Positions 36,809 through 48,600 of a stretch of 57,887 bases of DNA are shown here, piece by piece. The DNA comes from Catajapyx aquilonaris (Eukaryota). The translations under genes and the position numbers were made by a program. The DNA lies in the NCBI GenBank assembly GCA_000934665.2, contig JYFJ02002672.1:1-57887 (forward strand). Direction: 5' to 3'. The notes below the pieces were generated by a model, which made no database searches, was not told where the DNA came from, and worked only from the letters and a program-made list of their open reading frames with translations. Numbering within the stretch: the first letter of the stretch is position 1; the number at the start of each line of letters is the position of its first letter.

Positions 36809-39209
36809 CTATGCTGCTTGTGCTGCAAACCGCTTTCTCTGGAATACTCTCAACCCTTCATACTCGTATGCCATGTGGAAGGACTTCTGAAAGAGTTTTG
36901 GGTTTTGGCGTGTCACCACAAAGTCATAAGCTGGATCCTTCATTAGATATGGTAATCCTTCACCGGAATCCACTCCTTCCTCAATTTCTCCACAGTTACT
37001 GGCCGACCTGGACACTCGGCTGTAACTGTCACCATCCCTGAATATGATAGGGACGTCTTTGTGCAAAACGGAATATCTGGCGCTCGACTGGATTGGATAA
37101 TCCAACACTACACCTGATGTCATCTCTTGGAATGACATGAAAGCAAGGCAGTGGTTCACGTCACTCGAGTTATCAATTGGTGACCAAACTGCTAGCTGAT
37201 TTCCTTGTAATGGGAATGAAGTTTTGGTGCCCATTGTGTACAGGACTAGCTCTGCATAGGCCAATGCTTTGAACACATGTGCAAGACCTGCTTCCCCACT
37301 TGGGTCTAAACTGGAAGTCAGAACAGCATAGAGAAGGGCAGTGCAGCAGCCAGATGCAATACTAAGCAGAACAACAGCTTCATGTAACTGCAGAGGTGTC
37401 TCATAGTTGACTATTACCAAGAGGGAAGCACTGATGAAGGAGAGGGCTGCTGTGGCGCCAGTGTTGGAAGACTCACGGTCCAGTATGAGGCTGCCTGTGA
37501 GCCATGGAGGTAGCAGAAGAACAGCAGAAAGGAGGACTGGTGCATACAACACCATGCTTGAAGTCAAGATGTCAGGAAGGAGGACCATCCACAGGTCTCC
37601 ACTTGCAGGGAGAAAGGGCCTGTTTGGCATCTGGAAAATGAAAGTTAAGTCACTAAACAAACAAGTAATATGACTGAGGCAATTTGACATTTTTGGATTG
37701 CCAGAATGCACAGGTGGAATTTTCGTTGTACTGATAGGTACTGCTAACTTAGCAGTAACTAGCAGTGAGACGAAAATTCCACCCCATGTGAATTAAGATT
37801 CACACATTGTGTGGCACAATGTGGAGCTAAATGCGCAACATTTGTATTTTGTAAAAAGTGACTAGCAATCAGGGAATTTCCAGTGTATCCTGAAATGCTT
37901 ACATGGCACATAGTAAAAGCTAAATGCATTTTCAATAGTACAGATGTGTTGCGCTTGAAAAGTCATATATGCATTACAGCTAGATGATAAGAGGTTGTGG
38001 CATACCGTATAGAACCACTTTCCATACACAAGGAAATCGTCATATCCTCCAATGCCTATTCCAGCACAGAATCCAAGCAGCCAGATGAACAGGGGTATAA
38101 ACCATTTTGAGAAGGACAATTTACAGGTGAAAAAGATGTGGCATCCACAGACAAAGAGGAGAAGGAGAATGGAGCGGTCCATCTGAATATATGTTGATAT
38201 TCCAACTGCTGAAGCATATACAAATATTCTTGGCAGCTGGAAGGTGCCATAAATATCTCTGAAGAGACCAAGAATTGATGTATCCATGGTAAGCTGCATT
38301 TCGTCTGCTTCTGGTGGTGGTGGTGATGCACTAGCTTTCAGAACCTGAAATACACCACCATTAGGTTCCAGCATCTAGTGTTCTAGAAAGTCAAATTTAC
38401 CTGCACTGAAAGACCCAATGCAAGGAATAAAATGGGTGATGTGAGACCATGGGGGAATGTATGCAAAGCCATGACCATGAGATGTGTTGATCCAGCAGAA
38501 AGAGCAGCCGATATGATGCCAGCACTTTTATTGCCCTCAGTCAGTTGCATTACAAACATGTACACCCCTACTGGAAGCACAGAGGCAATCAGGGCCTGGA
38601 GTAGACGTGCTGCCTGGAAGAAATAAACAAGCAATAACATCCAATGATGCTAAAGAGTGTATTTACAGTACCTCAAAGGGTGTCATTGTCAATTTGAGCT
38701 GCTCCTTTAGCTTAAAGGTGAGAAAAAATAATCGGTGGTACAAGGGCCACATTGGTTGGTTGGTCAGTTCATCAGGTGACTTCACATATCCGTAGCCGTA
38801 TATGCTGCAGTGAGCCACTGTTTGTGGGGAGGAAATTAGGCATATTTTCACAAAAGTTGGTTTCATGCTCACCTTCTAGTGGTTCTATTTCGGATGGATG
38901 AATGAGCCACCAATTTGCAGGATTGGGTGCAATTAAAAATCTGAGGCCCAAAATAGCTAGCGCCAGCATCCAAATTGAATACTTTGGAAACAACCTTGGA
39001 ACCGCAGTTGATGGCACTGTTTCTGTAATCCAGAGGACAGTAAGAAATTTACACTCTGTTCTTATCATACTGTGCCAATACTACCCACCTTCTTCAGAGG
39101 AATGAGATGCATCAGGATCTGAACTCCGACGCTTCCGTGGACCATTTTCCTTTGGTTTGGCAGGCACTTGCTGCCTCTTTTTTTGCTTTTGCCCTTGCTT
39201 CTGGCCCAT
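36809..39209 (-). CDS. Divergent multi-pass GT22 (PIG-B/ALG9 mannosyltransferase family)-like membrane protein; 6 exons, ~596 aa
   Basis: Minus-strand exons 39089-39209, 38873-39022, 38672-38817, 38401-38613, 38006-38344 and 36809-37630 (1791 nt, GT-AG, phases consistent, TAG at 36809). The protein has a basic N-terminus and a first TM helix, then NWWLIHPSEIEPLEVAHCSIYGYGY, resembling the PIG-B loop PDEYWQSLEVxH..F.YGY. Many hydrophobic helices follow, GYDDFLVYGKW resembles PIG-B D..FYG.W, and the C-terminus is soluble. The gene model is strong; the family call is moderate. Confidence 0.75.
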
Positions 39210-41239
39210 TCTGCCTTATCTTATCCAACTTGAGCAGACTAAAACATCAATTTTATAAAGTTTTCATGAAAATTTAATATTGTCACTCACTTGACGCACT
39301 CTCCTCATGAGGTTGCCAGCCAAACAGAACGATTCACTGGATCTCCATTTACGTGTCAGTCATATTTGCCTCAGGTTCCAAAGAAGCTGAATGTTATGAA
39401 ATAGACAAAGGACAAATAAAATATTATTAAACTCACCAGGTAAATTTTGACAGTCACTCGCAAATAACACACGTGCTCTCTTTTCTTGGAAGAAGATCGA
39501 GAATCCACGGTTACGCAACCTATTTGTCAGTAAGGATGAGAGTTTTGGGTGTTCATTTCAACTACTGATAAAGCAACTGTTTATCTAATCTCGCGGCACA
39601 ATAGAAGCAAGAACTGGCGGGACAATATGTACAGGGTGGGCCAAAAATTTTGTCGCATCCTCTTCCCACCTGTTGGTGCATATAGGAACATATTGTAAGA
39701 ACTGCAGGCAATTATCTCCACCATGGGTAGCACCTGAATTTGAACAATACCAGGTGATATATTGGAGCATGTTCTGTGTCCTTCACCTGGAATCTTAGAC
39801 TAATGAACTAATGAATCTAGCAATTATTTTGTATCAGTGTGAGCATGAGTTGGCAGTACTCCCGGTCATAATTTATTCAGTGATATCCTCTGGCAACTAC
39901 TTGTTATTCTCCTTTCCATTTACATTCATTAGAGCGTGAAGAGAACTGTAGTGGAAAACAATGCCTGACGTTCCATGATATCCATACCAAAAAGGTGATT
40001 TCTAAGCCAAATTGGGTTGACTGAAAATATACGCCGAGTTAAAAATGTGGCGAATTGTAAATCTTTCGGCCTATTCTAACGCTGAGAGTTCACTCGGTAG
40101 TTTTCATCGCACTGATTTTCCATTGAATGCGTCATCTGATTCCCCCAGTCTGCTCTACGCACTTTTTTAAAACTATGACTATTGTCTCTTGTTACTATGA
40201 ATTTGCACAAAGGCCGTTTACTAATTGCTCTTTCTTAATTGTACAGCCCTGCCAGAATTAGCCCATTGTTCCCAATCTTCCCCAAATTACTGGCCAACAT
40301 GTTTGGCATAATTCTTCCCTTGTTCAGTCTAAGCCATTTTCATCCAAATTACCCGTTTTCCAGCCACCCTACAAACCTGTCCTGATCTTCAACCTTCAGT
40401 CCTGACCACTCATCGGTTGGCCCACAATTAGGTTGACTGCAAATGGGCACAATTAGGGCAACAAGTGGTGTCATTGACGGGAAGTGTCGGGAAGAATATT
40501 CTACTGCCAGGATCCCCAAGGGCGGGTAAAAGCGCCAGTGTTTCGCAGGAGTAGTACCATTTATTTCGAGGGTTGGTACCATTTACTCGATCTCACGATC
40601 TGGCAACTCTGACGGGAACGTGTTTGGACTTGTCATCTGGAGATCCGACCACGTAGGTGCATCCGACCCAGCTGGCAGCTGGGCGTGGTTGGGCAGCTGG
40701 TTGTCTCCGTCGGTCTCCGTAGCGGATTGTCGAGGGGGTGAGACGGCAAGTTATTTGGTTGATATCAGAATTTGATGCATGTTTTTAGCAGGAAGCTGCG
40801 AGATCGTTGCATGGGCGAAACAATAGTCCATTAACCTTGGAGACAATGAAGACACTGGCAGATTCTATGGAGTTGAAATAGGGCATCAGCCTGGAGATAA
40901 AAGTCTTGAAGACAGATTGCACAACGGTACGCCAAGTGGAGGATGGTCGTGGATGGCGTCAGCAGCATGGCGCACCAGTAGGAGGCCGGGAAGATTCACA
41001 CCGCACCTAGTTGGTGAGCATGGTTCGGCAGGGTTGTGATTATTCATGCACTGATAAGTCACTGGTTACACTGAAGCGAGTTTCCATTCCATTTGTCCAT
41101 CGCACATTGTGGAAGTGACGAAATCTGTTGTAGTTGAAGTCATATCTCACTTCGGGAAAGTATAGGGTGTGGCCTAAAAGTTTCATTAAAATAGTGCTGT
41201 TGACAGGTTTGTTGCAAGTAGTCACATGAATGGAGACTG

Positions 41240-41491
41240 GGCGACACGGTGGCGGAGGGGTTAGCGCCGCAGCCTTCGACCTCTAAGGTTCCGAGTTCGA
41301 TCCCCGGGTCGGATGGAGGATGCTTAAGTGGATAGAGTTTCGATGGGTTCTCTCCGTGTTCGCGTGGGTTTTCTCGGGGTTCTCCCGTTTCCTCCCACTA
41401 TCAAAATCCATCACATTACAGGCAAATGATTAAAGTCGGTTATTCAAAAGATGATCCCCGAAGATGCCCAAGGGGCCTATCACGGGGTATC

Positions 41492-41553
<62 letters not shown>

Positions 41554-42032
41554 GGCGTATTCGGCAATTCAGGAATCTGACTTCCTGGGCAATTTGGATG
41601 TTCGGCAAATCAGGTGCCACGCCCCCTGAAGTAAGTGCGCATGCGCCGTACCTGACTTCCCAAGCTCAGGAACTTAGTGTACTCCTGACCTGACTTACTT
41701 GCTGAGAAACAATTAACAAACAAATTATTGTTATGGATGCAGCAGTGTTGCCAATGCAAAATGCCCAAAAAAACCCGCGAGAGGACCTGAAAATACCCGA
41801 TTTTACCCGCATTTTCATTTTACCCGCACCATTACCCGCAAGCGTCCGAAATACGGCACCGAAATACCCGAACGTTGGCATATCACTGGGATGCAGCACA
41901 GGCGGGTTGGGGGGTCCCTCAGTTCGGCCGTTCGGCAATAATCTTCTGAGGGGCAGGGCTAACAACTCAGATATCACGTGACGCATCTCAGAATAATCTG
42001 AATTGCCGAATACGCCTATTATTATTATTATT
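41240..42032 (+). mobile_element. tRNA-derived SINE (family S1) with a V/Meta-type central domain and an (ATT)n tail
   Basis: Pol III A box TGGCGGAGGGG at 41250 and B box GTTCGATCC at 41295. Central TTCTCTCCGTGTTCGCGTGGGTTTTCTCGGGGTTCTCCCGTTTCCTCCCAC resembles V-/Meta-SINE cores. The 3' end is CTATCACGGGGTA plus (ATT)n. Perfect 16-bp TSD ACATGAATGGAGACTG at 41224-41239 and 42033-42048. Confidence 0.85.
41554..42016. mobile_element. PIF/Harbinger-like MITE inserted in the (ATT)n tail of SINE S1
   Basis: TIR GGCGTATTCGGCAATTCAG ... CTGAATTGCCGAATACGCC, with ATT repeats on both sides and the SINE TSD outside. Confidence 0.75.
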
Positions 42033-42450
42033 ACATGAATGGAGACTGTCACACTGGACATTTGTTTCACATGTGACAGGACCTAAGTAGCTTCCTGGTG
42101 AGTGCTTTACAGGAATACACACAATCACAATCACGGTATTTCCCCAAAATTTGTGTACATTCACCTGGCAAGATACAGATGCAATGCTAGGTGGCAGGAA
42201 AGCAAGTTAATTTGCTAGGTATTGTTGCGCAAGGGCATCTCCATGGGATTGGGAAATTGGAAAAAATTGTAACTGTTGATATTGTTATTGTGATGTTGAT
42301 ACAGTGAAACCTGCAGATTACAGACCCTGGATATAGCGGAAATCTGTCCATTGCTGAATTTTTTCCAGGTATAGGGCATGCAATGTATTTTTTGACGGAT
42401 ATAACGGAACCTGTCCAACTCGGAAACGGGAGGGATTTTTGTCTCCTTTA

Positions 42451-42686
42451 GGCCGCTTCACAAACTTGGCGTTGCGAAAGCGGGGCGAGTGGGCCTTCCG
42501 CTCATCGCAAGCAGAAACGCCACTGGTTGGACGCCAGCACAACGCCCGCGCTCGGTCATCGCACGCAGCATTTGTGAATAGCCCTTCGCAAATTTTCCGC
42601 ACTCCGCACATCCCACTCGCACAAATCCGAGTTTGTAAAACTCGAATTTCGCCCCGCTTTCGCAACGCCGAGTTTGTGAAGCGGCC
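42451..42686. mobile_element. PIF/Harbinger-like MITE (236 bp)
   Basis: TIR of ~38 bp: GGCCGCTTCACAAACTTGGCGTTGCGAAAGCGGGGCGA / TCGCCCCGCTTTCGCAACGCCGAGTTTGTGAAGCGGCC. Flanks are TTA / TTT. Confidence 0.75.
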
Positions 42687-43429
42687 TTTCCAAAGGAAAT
42701 CCCTGTTTGTAATGGAAATCTAAAGGTTCACATTATCTCCTGCACAAAAATCTGTCACCATGCTGTGTCTCCTAATTGCTGGAATTGCTATTGGCTAGTG
42801 GCCTTGAAGATATTTGGAGAGGAAAGGGAACTATTTTTGGTTGGAAANGGGGGAGGATTGTGACAGGTAGGTGCCCTGCCTTCCTGTTCACTGTTCATTG
42901 AAGGTCCGGTTGCTTATTTTTCTCTCCCCATTTTCCTCTCATTCTCACCGGCAGAAAAACTTAGTAACATCCTTGATCTGAATAATATCAATTTTTGAGC
43001 CAAATTTATATCTCAGGTGTACATTTTTATCAAGATTCAGTTATAGAATATGATTCCCCATGCATTGCAAAGAATATTTTCCTGACACACTGACAGTGAG
43101 TGGTAGTGACTAAATGTCACGTGGTTTGTGCTTGTCTGATTTGTGGTATGGTGACAAATTTGTGAGTCAGCATTATGAAATGCATCTTAGGAATCATAGT
43201 TGTGATACTGAGCTTCTGCCAAAATCATTTGACATTATCCATGGATGTGCTTCAGTAAGGGTTGTTGACCACGTCAGCCTGGTAAGGAATTTCCTAAAAT
43301 ATTCCAAATTCTCTGGTTATCTTACATCTAACTTACAAGCTACTGCTTTTACCCCAATCTGATTTCTTTCTGCCCATCTACATTACTGTCCTTTTCTTAG
43401 AGTCTTGCCTTGGAGGCATAACAGTTGAC

Positions 43430-43431
<2 letters not shown>

Positions 43432-43490
<59 letters not shown>

Positions 43491-43779
43491 GGGCGGCATG
43501 GTGGTCTAACGGTTACGCCGTTGGCCAGCCAAGCGTGAGGCCGGGGTTCAAATCCCGTCCCCGTCACCTCTGCTTGGCCGGGTCTTTTTCCGCTTTTCAC
43601 CCAACATGCCAGGGCAGAATTGCACTCCCTATCTGCCCGGGGCCAGTAGAAAAGGCCTGGTGTATTTTCATAAGTCAGAAATGACTAAAAATTTCAGCGC
43701 CCTCCCTAGGGAACCGCCCCCTTCCCCCCTAAGAGAGCCACTGGCTCTATCACGGGGTAAATTAAAAATAATAATAGTA

Positions 43780-43832
<53 letters not shown>

Positions 43833-44168
43833 TAATAATTGATTGGGTATTCGGCTAGCCCCAGAGGGCCCTTCTGCCATACCTTTATTTCGATGGTATA
43901 CAATTTTTGGGAATCCTATTTTTGAAGCGCCCGGGCCCACGGGCAGGATGACAGGAGGGGATGTGCAAAGTGCAGTGAATCTGACGCTGTGGCCATTTTT
44001 AGTGAACTCCCCCGGGTGGTTTAGTCTGTAGGAAATACCACCCGAGACGAAGCCAGAGGTGACCCTGAACTCTGCACGAGATGAAGGGGGTGTCCCCGGG
44101 CTGGGATCGAACCCGGGACCTTAACATCCGTGGGCGCATACGTTACCGCAGCACCACTCCGCCTCCCC
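43432..44168 (-). mobile_element. tRNA-derived SINE family S3, copy 1 (its tail is interrupted by SINE S2)
   Basis: Minus-strand head GGGGAGGCGGAGTGGTGCTGCGG...GGTTCGATCCC (B box at 44104-44112) and an (ATT)n tail. 14/15 TSD: CATAACAGTTGACTT at 43417-43431 and CATGACAGTTGACTT at 44169-44183. Confidence 0.8.
43491..43767 (+). mobile_element. tRNA-derived SINE family S2, copy 1
   Basis: A box TGGTCTAACGG at 43502, B box GTTCAAATCC at 43546, and 3' end CTATCACGGGGTA followed by (AAT)n. Homologous to 54196-54422. Confidence 0.8.
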
Positions 44169-44301
44169 CATGACAGTTGACTTGTTCTGCTTCCTCTGTT
44201 TTTGTACAGAAATAACCACTTTTCACATTTTTCACCTGCTTAATTAATGCGTGCTGATCGCTCTCGCCTTGATTCGTGAATCCTTCTGAGTGCTGTGCCA
44301 T

Positions 44302-44834
44302 TGTAACGATTTGGGGATTAAGAATTAATTGGGATTAGGGGTAGGATGTAATAGGGGATTAAGGATTGGGGTTAGGATTGGGAACTTGGGAGTAAGATTA
44401 GGGTCGGATGCCCACTGGGTTCTCCAGTGTGGAGTGGGTTGGAGTGTTACTCTGAATCGATCATCTACACATTTATTTCACAGGTATAAAATGGATGTTA
44501 CAATTATTATACAGTATCAGACACTAAATTGTAGTTAGGATGACTATACTTGCCATGGCAGAACCTGAGCCAGGTCCTACATGGGCAGCGCGTAACAACA
44601 TATTAGCCCTCCATACTAACTCGAGACTGTGGCTCTGACTCCTCTCAGATGCCGATTGTCTTGTTGTCTTCTGCAGCTCACTTTTATACCAATAATTGTC
44701 ATACAGCTTTCTTGTTTTTCTAGTTGCGGGATTAAGTGCCAAAATATGGACCAAACCCTCCTTTCTCCTTCCTTTTCCAATTTCTATTTTCTCTTTATTT
44801 TCTGGGGAGCTCGGGGTCCTCCGTGACCGTTACA
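44302..44834. mobile_element. Possible solo LTR (533 bp)
   Basis: TGTAACG ... CGTTACA inverted termini (TG...CA), a G-rich 5' part and an internal TATAAAA at ~44484. The flanks CCAT / ATAT are only a partial TSD. Confidence 0.4.
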
Positions 44835-44906
44835 ATATGTATCAGTAATGGTAGCCGAGGGTATCTAAGGCAGGAATGAAGGCAGAGTGTTGTAAGGATA
44901 GAATTA

Positions 44907-45096
44907 GGATTCCACAAACAGGCCATCGACGGTTTTGGTCTTTGGTCGCATTGACGCCGCAGACCAATCATGACTCATGTAAACAAGCGCAACACTTGTG
45001 TTGCGCATGTTTACATGAGTCAATGCGAGTGTACATGAATTTACATGAGTAATGCGACCAAAGACCAAAACCGTTGACACCCTGTGTGAATGGGCC
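44907..45096. mobile_element. Palindromic MITE (PIF/Harbinger-like)
   Basis: ACGGTTTTGGTCTTTGGTCGCATT / AATGCGACCAAAGACCAAAACCGT inverted arms and an inner hairpin at 44972-45021. The right end is TGTGTGAATGGGCC. Confidence 0.7.
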
Positions 45097-45287
45097 TTTA
45101 CTCATTTGTGATTGCTTCCTTGCATTAGATCCATTGGATCATCTGCGTGGTTTGTGACCGGGACTGTGTCAGTTGCGAAGGTTTTATGGCTCTAGAGAAG
45201 ACCTTACAATGTCTGCTAATTTAGTCAGAGGCAACTTCCTCAATATCAATTGAATTAATCATAACAAGATAGTCACATCGTATCGTC

Positions 45288-45530
45288 GGCATACCAGTGA
45301 AATCCACTATGTCCAAAACACCAGTTTCATGATAATCCTAAGCGAAGGTTTGACCCTGCATTTGTTTACATGCTAGTGAAGACAGAAAATCCTGGCTTCC
45401 TGGCTCCCTATAAATTTTTGGGAAGAAATGGATTTTACCAGACAATAGAGATTATGAAGTGTTGCTTTGTAGTGTAAATAACTCAAAACTATCAAAAGTT
45501 GACACTGTTAGTGGATTTCACTTGTATGCC
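45288..45530. mobile_element. MITE-like element just upstream of the first piwi coding exon
   Basis: TIR GGCATACCAGTGAAATCCACTA / TAGTGGATTTCACTTGTATGCC (21/22). No clear TSD. Confidence 0.55.
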
Positions 45531-45659
45531 ATAATATTTTGATGCAGCAGTGAGAAAATATATGAAGGCAAACTCAAATGTTTCTGCACAAAATGGCACG
45601 GTATGTTTCTGGGTAACAAATAACAATCACACATCTCTTTTCAGGAGATATTTTAAGGC

Positions 45660-48600
45660 ATGGAAGGTCGAGGACGAGGCAGGGGCAGGGCAAGGGGCCG
45701 TGCACGGGGATGGGGACCAAATGACGAACCAGTTCCTCCAGGGAGGGGTGGTAGAAATGTGCAGCCTTTACTTCCTGGGGGACAAGGACGTGGGATACCA
45801 TTGCAGCCGAGAGAGCCACCTGCTGTTAGAGAACAGTTTCCACAAGGTGCACAAGCACTTGATCCCCAGCAACTACACCCACATCCCACCAGTGGAGGTC
45901 AGCCTGACCTGGCGAAGCAGATTGCACAACTTGATATCACATCTGGTTGGTATAAGATTGATGACATTTAGTAGATAGTTTATAGTTAAGATTTGGTGAG
46001 TAACTTATTCTGCAAGACGTGCCATGTTTTGGTTGGTTATTGAACCCAAAATATATATTGATCAGGAATCTTGTGTTGATGATAATGTTATAAACCTGTT
46101 AGCTTGGAGCCATTGTCGTATGTACATCGGCGAACTTCTGTTTTGATGCTCTCTACTTTTTTTCCTTCCAGGCTTCCAGCTTGCCATTTCTGTCCTAAAA
46201 CGTTGCAGTCAACATAACTCTGACTTTCCTACCATGTTACCATTCTCAACACATTTTCTGAATGTTTGCACAACAAATATAAAATCTCCTTGAAAATAGG
46301 ACCCCTCGCTGTAATTGGTCATATTTTAAGCATATTTATCTCGATTCTAGAAGCTATTTTTGTGCCATATTGTGTTATCACTTCTCACCAAATAGAGTAA
46401 CAGTTTGACTAGATTTTGTCTAGTATTTTGGTTCAGATGTAGACTAGTTGCGGAGTCAGATAATGGCATCACTAATGTGAACACTTTTCCAGGTGCTGTC
46501 TATTGCGCTGATGTGCCTGTTGGACGTGGGGGTGCTCGTAGCAGACGTGATCAGTTTGTGGAAATTGTCCACACAAGACCAGAACATATCACCACCAAAC
46601 AAGGGACTTCAGGACGACGAGTTAATCTCATTACTAACTATTTTGATGTGAAAGGTATTGATTTCCCCTTGATGCAGTATAGAGTCGACTTTTCTCCAGA
46701 GGAAGACCGCACATCCGTCAGAAAGGGCATGCTGAAAACCTGTAAAGAACAGCTGGGTGGAGACTACATATTTGATGGCACACAACTTTTTATGAATCGC
46801 CGTCTGAGAAATGACAACACTGAGATGTGGTGTGAGCGTCAGTTTGATCAGGCAAAGATCAGAGTGACAGTGACGTTTGTTAAAGAGCTCCTGCCTTCAG
46901 ATTACTCATACTTGACGGTCTTCAACCTCATTCTGCGCCTTGTGATGGGACACCTGGATCTTCAGTTGATCAGACGGAACTACTATGATATGCATGCAGC
47001 CATCCATATTCCAGAATTCAATGTGGACCTGTTACCTGGATACATCACATCAATCCGCCAGCATGAGAACCGCCTGTTGCTTTGTGTTGAGATCCACCAC
47101 AAGGTGATACGGCAAAGCACTGTGCTAGAGCTTATATGTCTCTGCTTTAAAAAGGATGAGATGAACTACCAAAGGCTAGCAAGTGAAGCTCTCTTGGGCG
47201 AGGTCATCATGACCCGATATAACAATAAAACATATCGAATTGATGACATAGATTGGAACAAATCACCTGAAGATACCTTCACAATGGCTGGCAGGGAGAT
47301 ATCATATATTGATTATTACAAAGAAAAATATGGCCTGCATATTGAAGATAAAAATCAGCCTCTTCTTGTGTCCCGTCCTCGGAAAAAAGATATCCATCGT
47401 GGCCAGGTTGAGCTTCTGTACCTAGTCCCTGAGCTTTGCTTTATGACTGGGTATGACCAATCAATGCTCCGGGACTTCAGAATGATGAAGGAAGTGGGAC
47501 AACACACCCACCAGGCTCCAGACAAGAAGGTGCAAGTGTTGCAACGCTTCATGAATCGCGTCCACAGCGAGCCAAAGTGTCGAGATGTGCTACAAAACTT
47601 TAAACTGGACTTTTCTGAGGAGATGGTCAAGGTCACTGGACGTGTGCTGAACCATGAGGGAATTATACTGAACACGGAAACAATTTATGGTGGAGATGGG
47701 GCTGACTGGACGCGTGGTCTACGTGTAAACCACATGTTGAAAGTAAGAGTGTTTCCAGTTACTGAATTGTTCTGAGATTATACTAGTGGCTGCAATGTAG
47801 GAAAATCACGCCATTGAATACTTCACAAATATACTTTTGCAACATACAAAATCCTTTTGTGAAATTGTTATAGTAGTACAGTTGAATCCGGATATAACAG
47901 ACTTACGAAGGTCTGGTGTAGCCGAATACAGAAGCCATGTATGGAAGTTTTCCAGGACCTGCCTTTCGAGCCTGTTATAGCCGAGGCTGTTATATCCTAA
48001 TTCAACTGTATAAGTTATAAAATTAAGATACATTTCATTCCATTTTGCCGCAGATGCTAATTCATTTCTCTTCATGTAGGTAGTGAAGCTTTACAACTGG
48101 GTTGTGATTCTTCCACGTAATGTCATGGGAATTAAGGACTTTCTACAGAATCTGACAGACGTTGCTAAGAAAATGGACTTTGTCATATATGATCCCCAGA
48201 TCATGTACACAGATGCCATCAGACCTCAGGAGTATATGAAAAAAATCGACACAGCATACAGTCAGATGAACCCCCAAATGATAATGATAATCTTGCTTGG
48301 TAACCGCAAGGATTTGTATGGAGCTGTTAAACGACGTTGCTTTGAGACTCATGGCCTGCCATCTCAGGTTGTGCTATCACGCAATGTGACCAAGAAATCT
48401 TCATCAATATCTACAAAAATTGCAATTCAAATGAATTGCAAACTAGGTGGGGCACCCTGGACAGTGAAAATGACACAAGATCTCATGATTGTTGGGTTTG
48501 ATGTCTACCACAACAAAGCCAGAAATGGTCCATCTGTGGGTGCCCTGGTGGCATCTTTGAATATGGATCAAACTCGCTACATCAGCTGTGTGGCCATTCA

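Noticed and set aside
10219..39647. Isolated mariner-like ends (CACCCTGTA at ~10225 and ~21383, TACAGGGTG at ~39630)
   Set aside because: No matching partner TIR or transposase sequence could be paired with confidence.
41240..41312. tRNA genes here and at 43491, 44168, 50023 and 50529
   Set aside because: A and B boxes are present, but the cloverleafs look degenerate and each continues into a repeated body with a tail, mostly inside TSDs. These are SINE heads.
41451..43940. Poly-Ile and poly-Leu ORFs
   Set aside because: Translations of (ATT/AAT)n microsatellite tails.
44311..44403. Interstitial telomeric repeat
   Set aside because: Only scattered degenerate GATTAGG/GATTGG units, not a tandem TTAGG or TTAGGG array.
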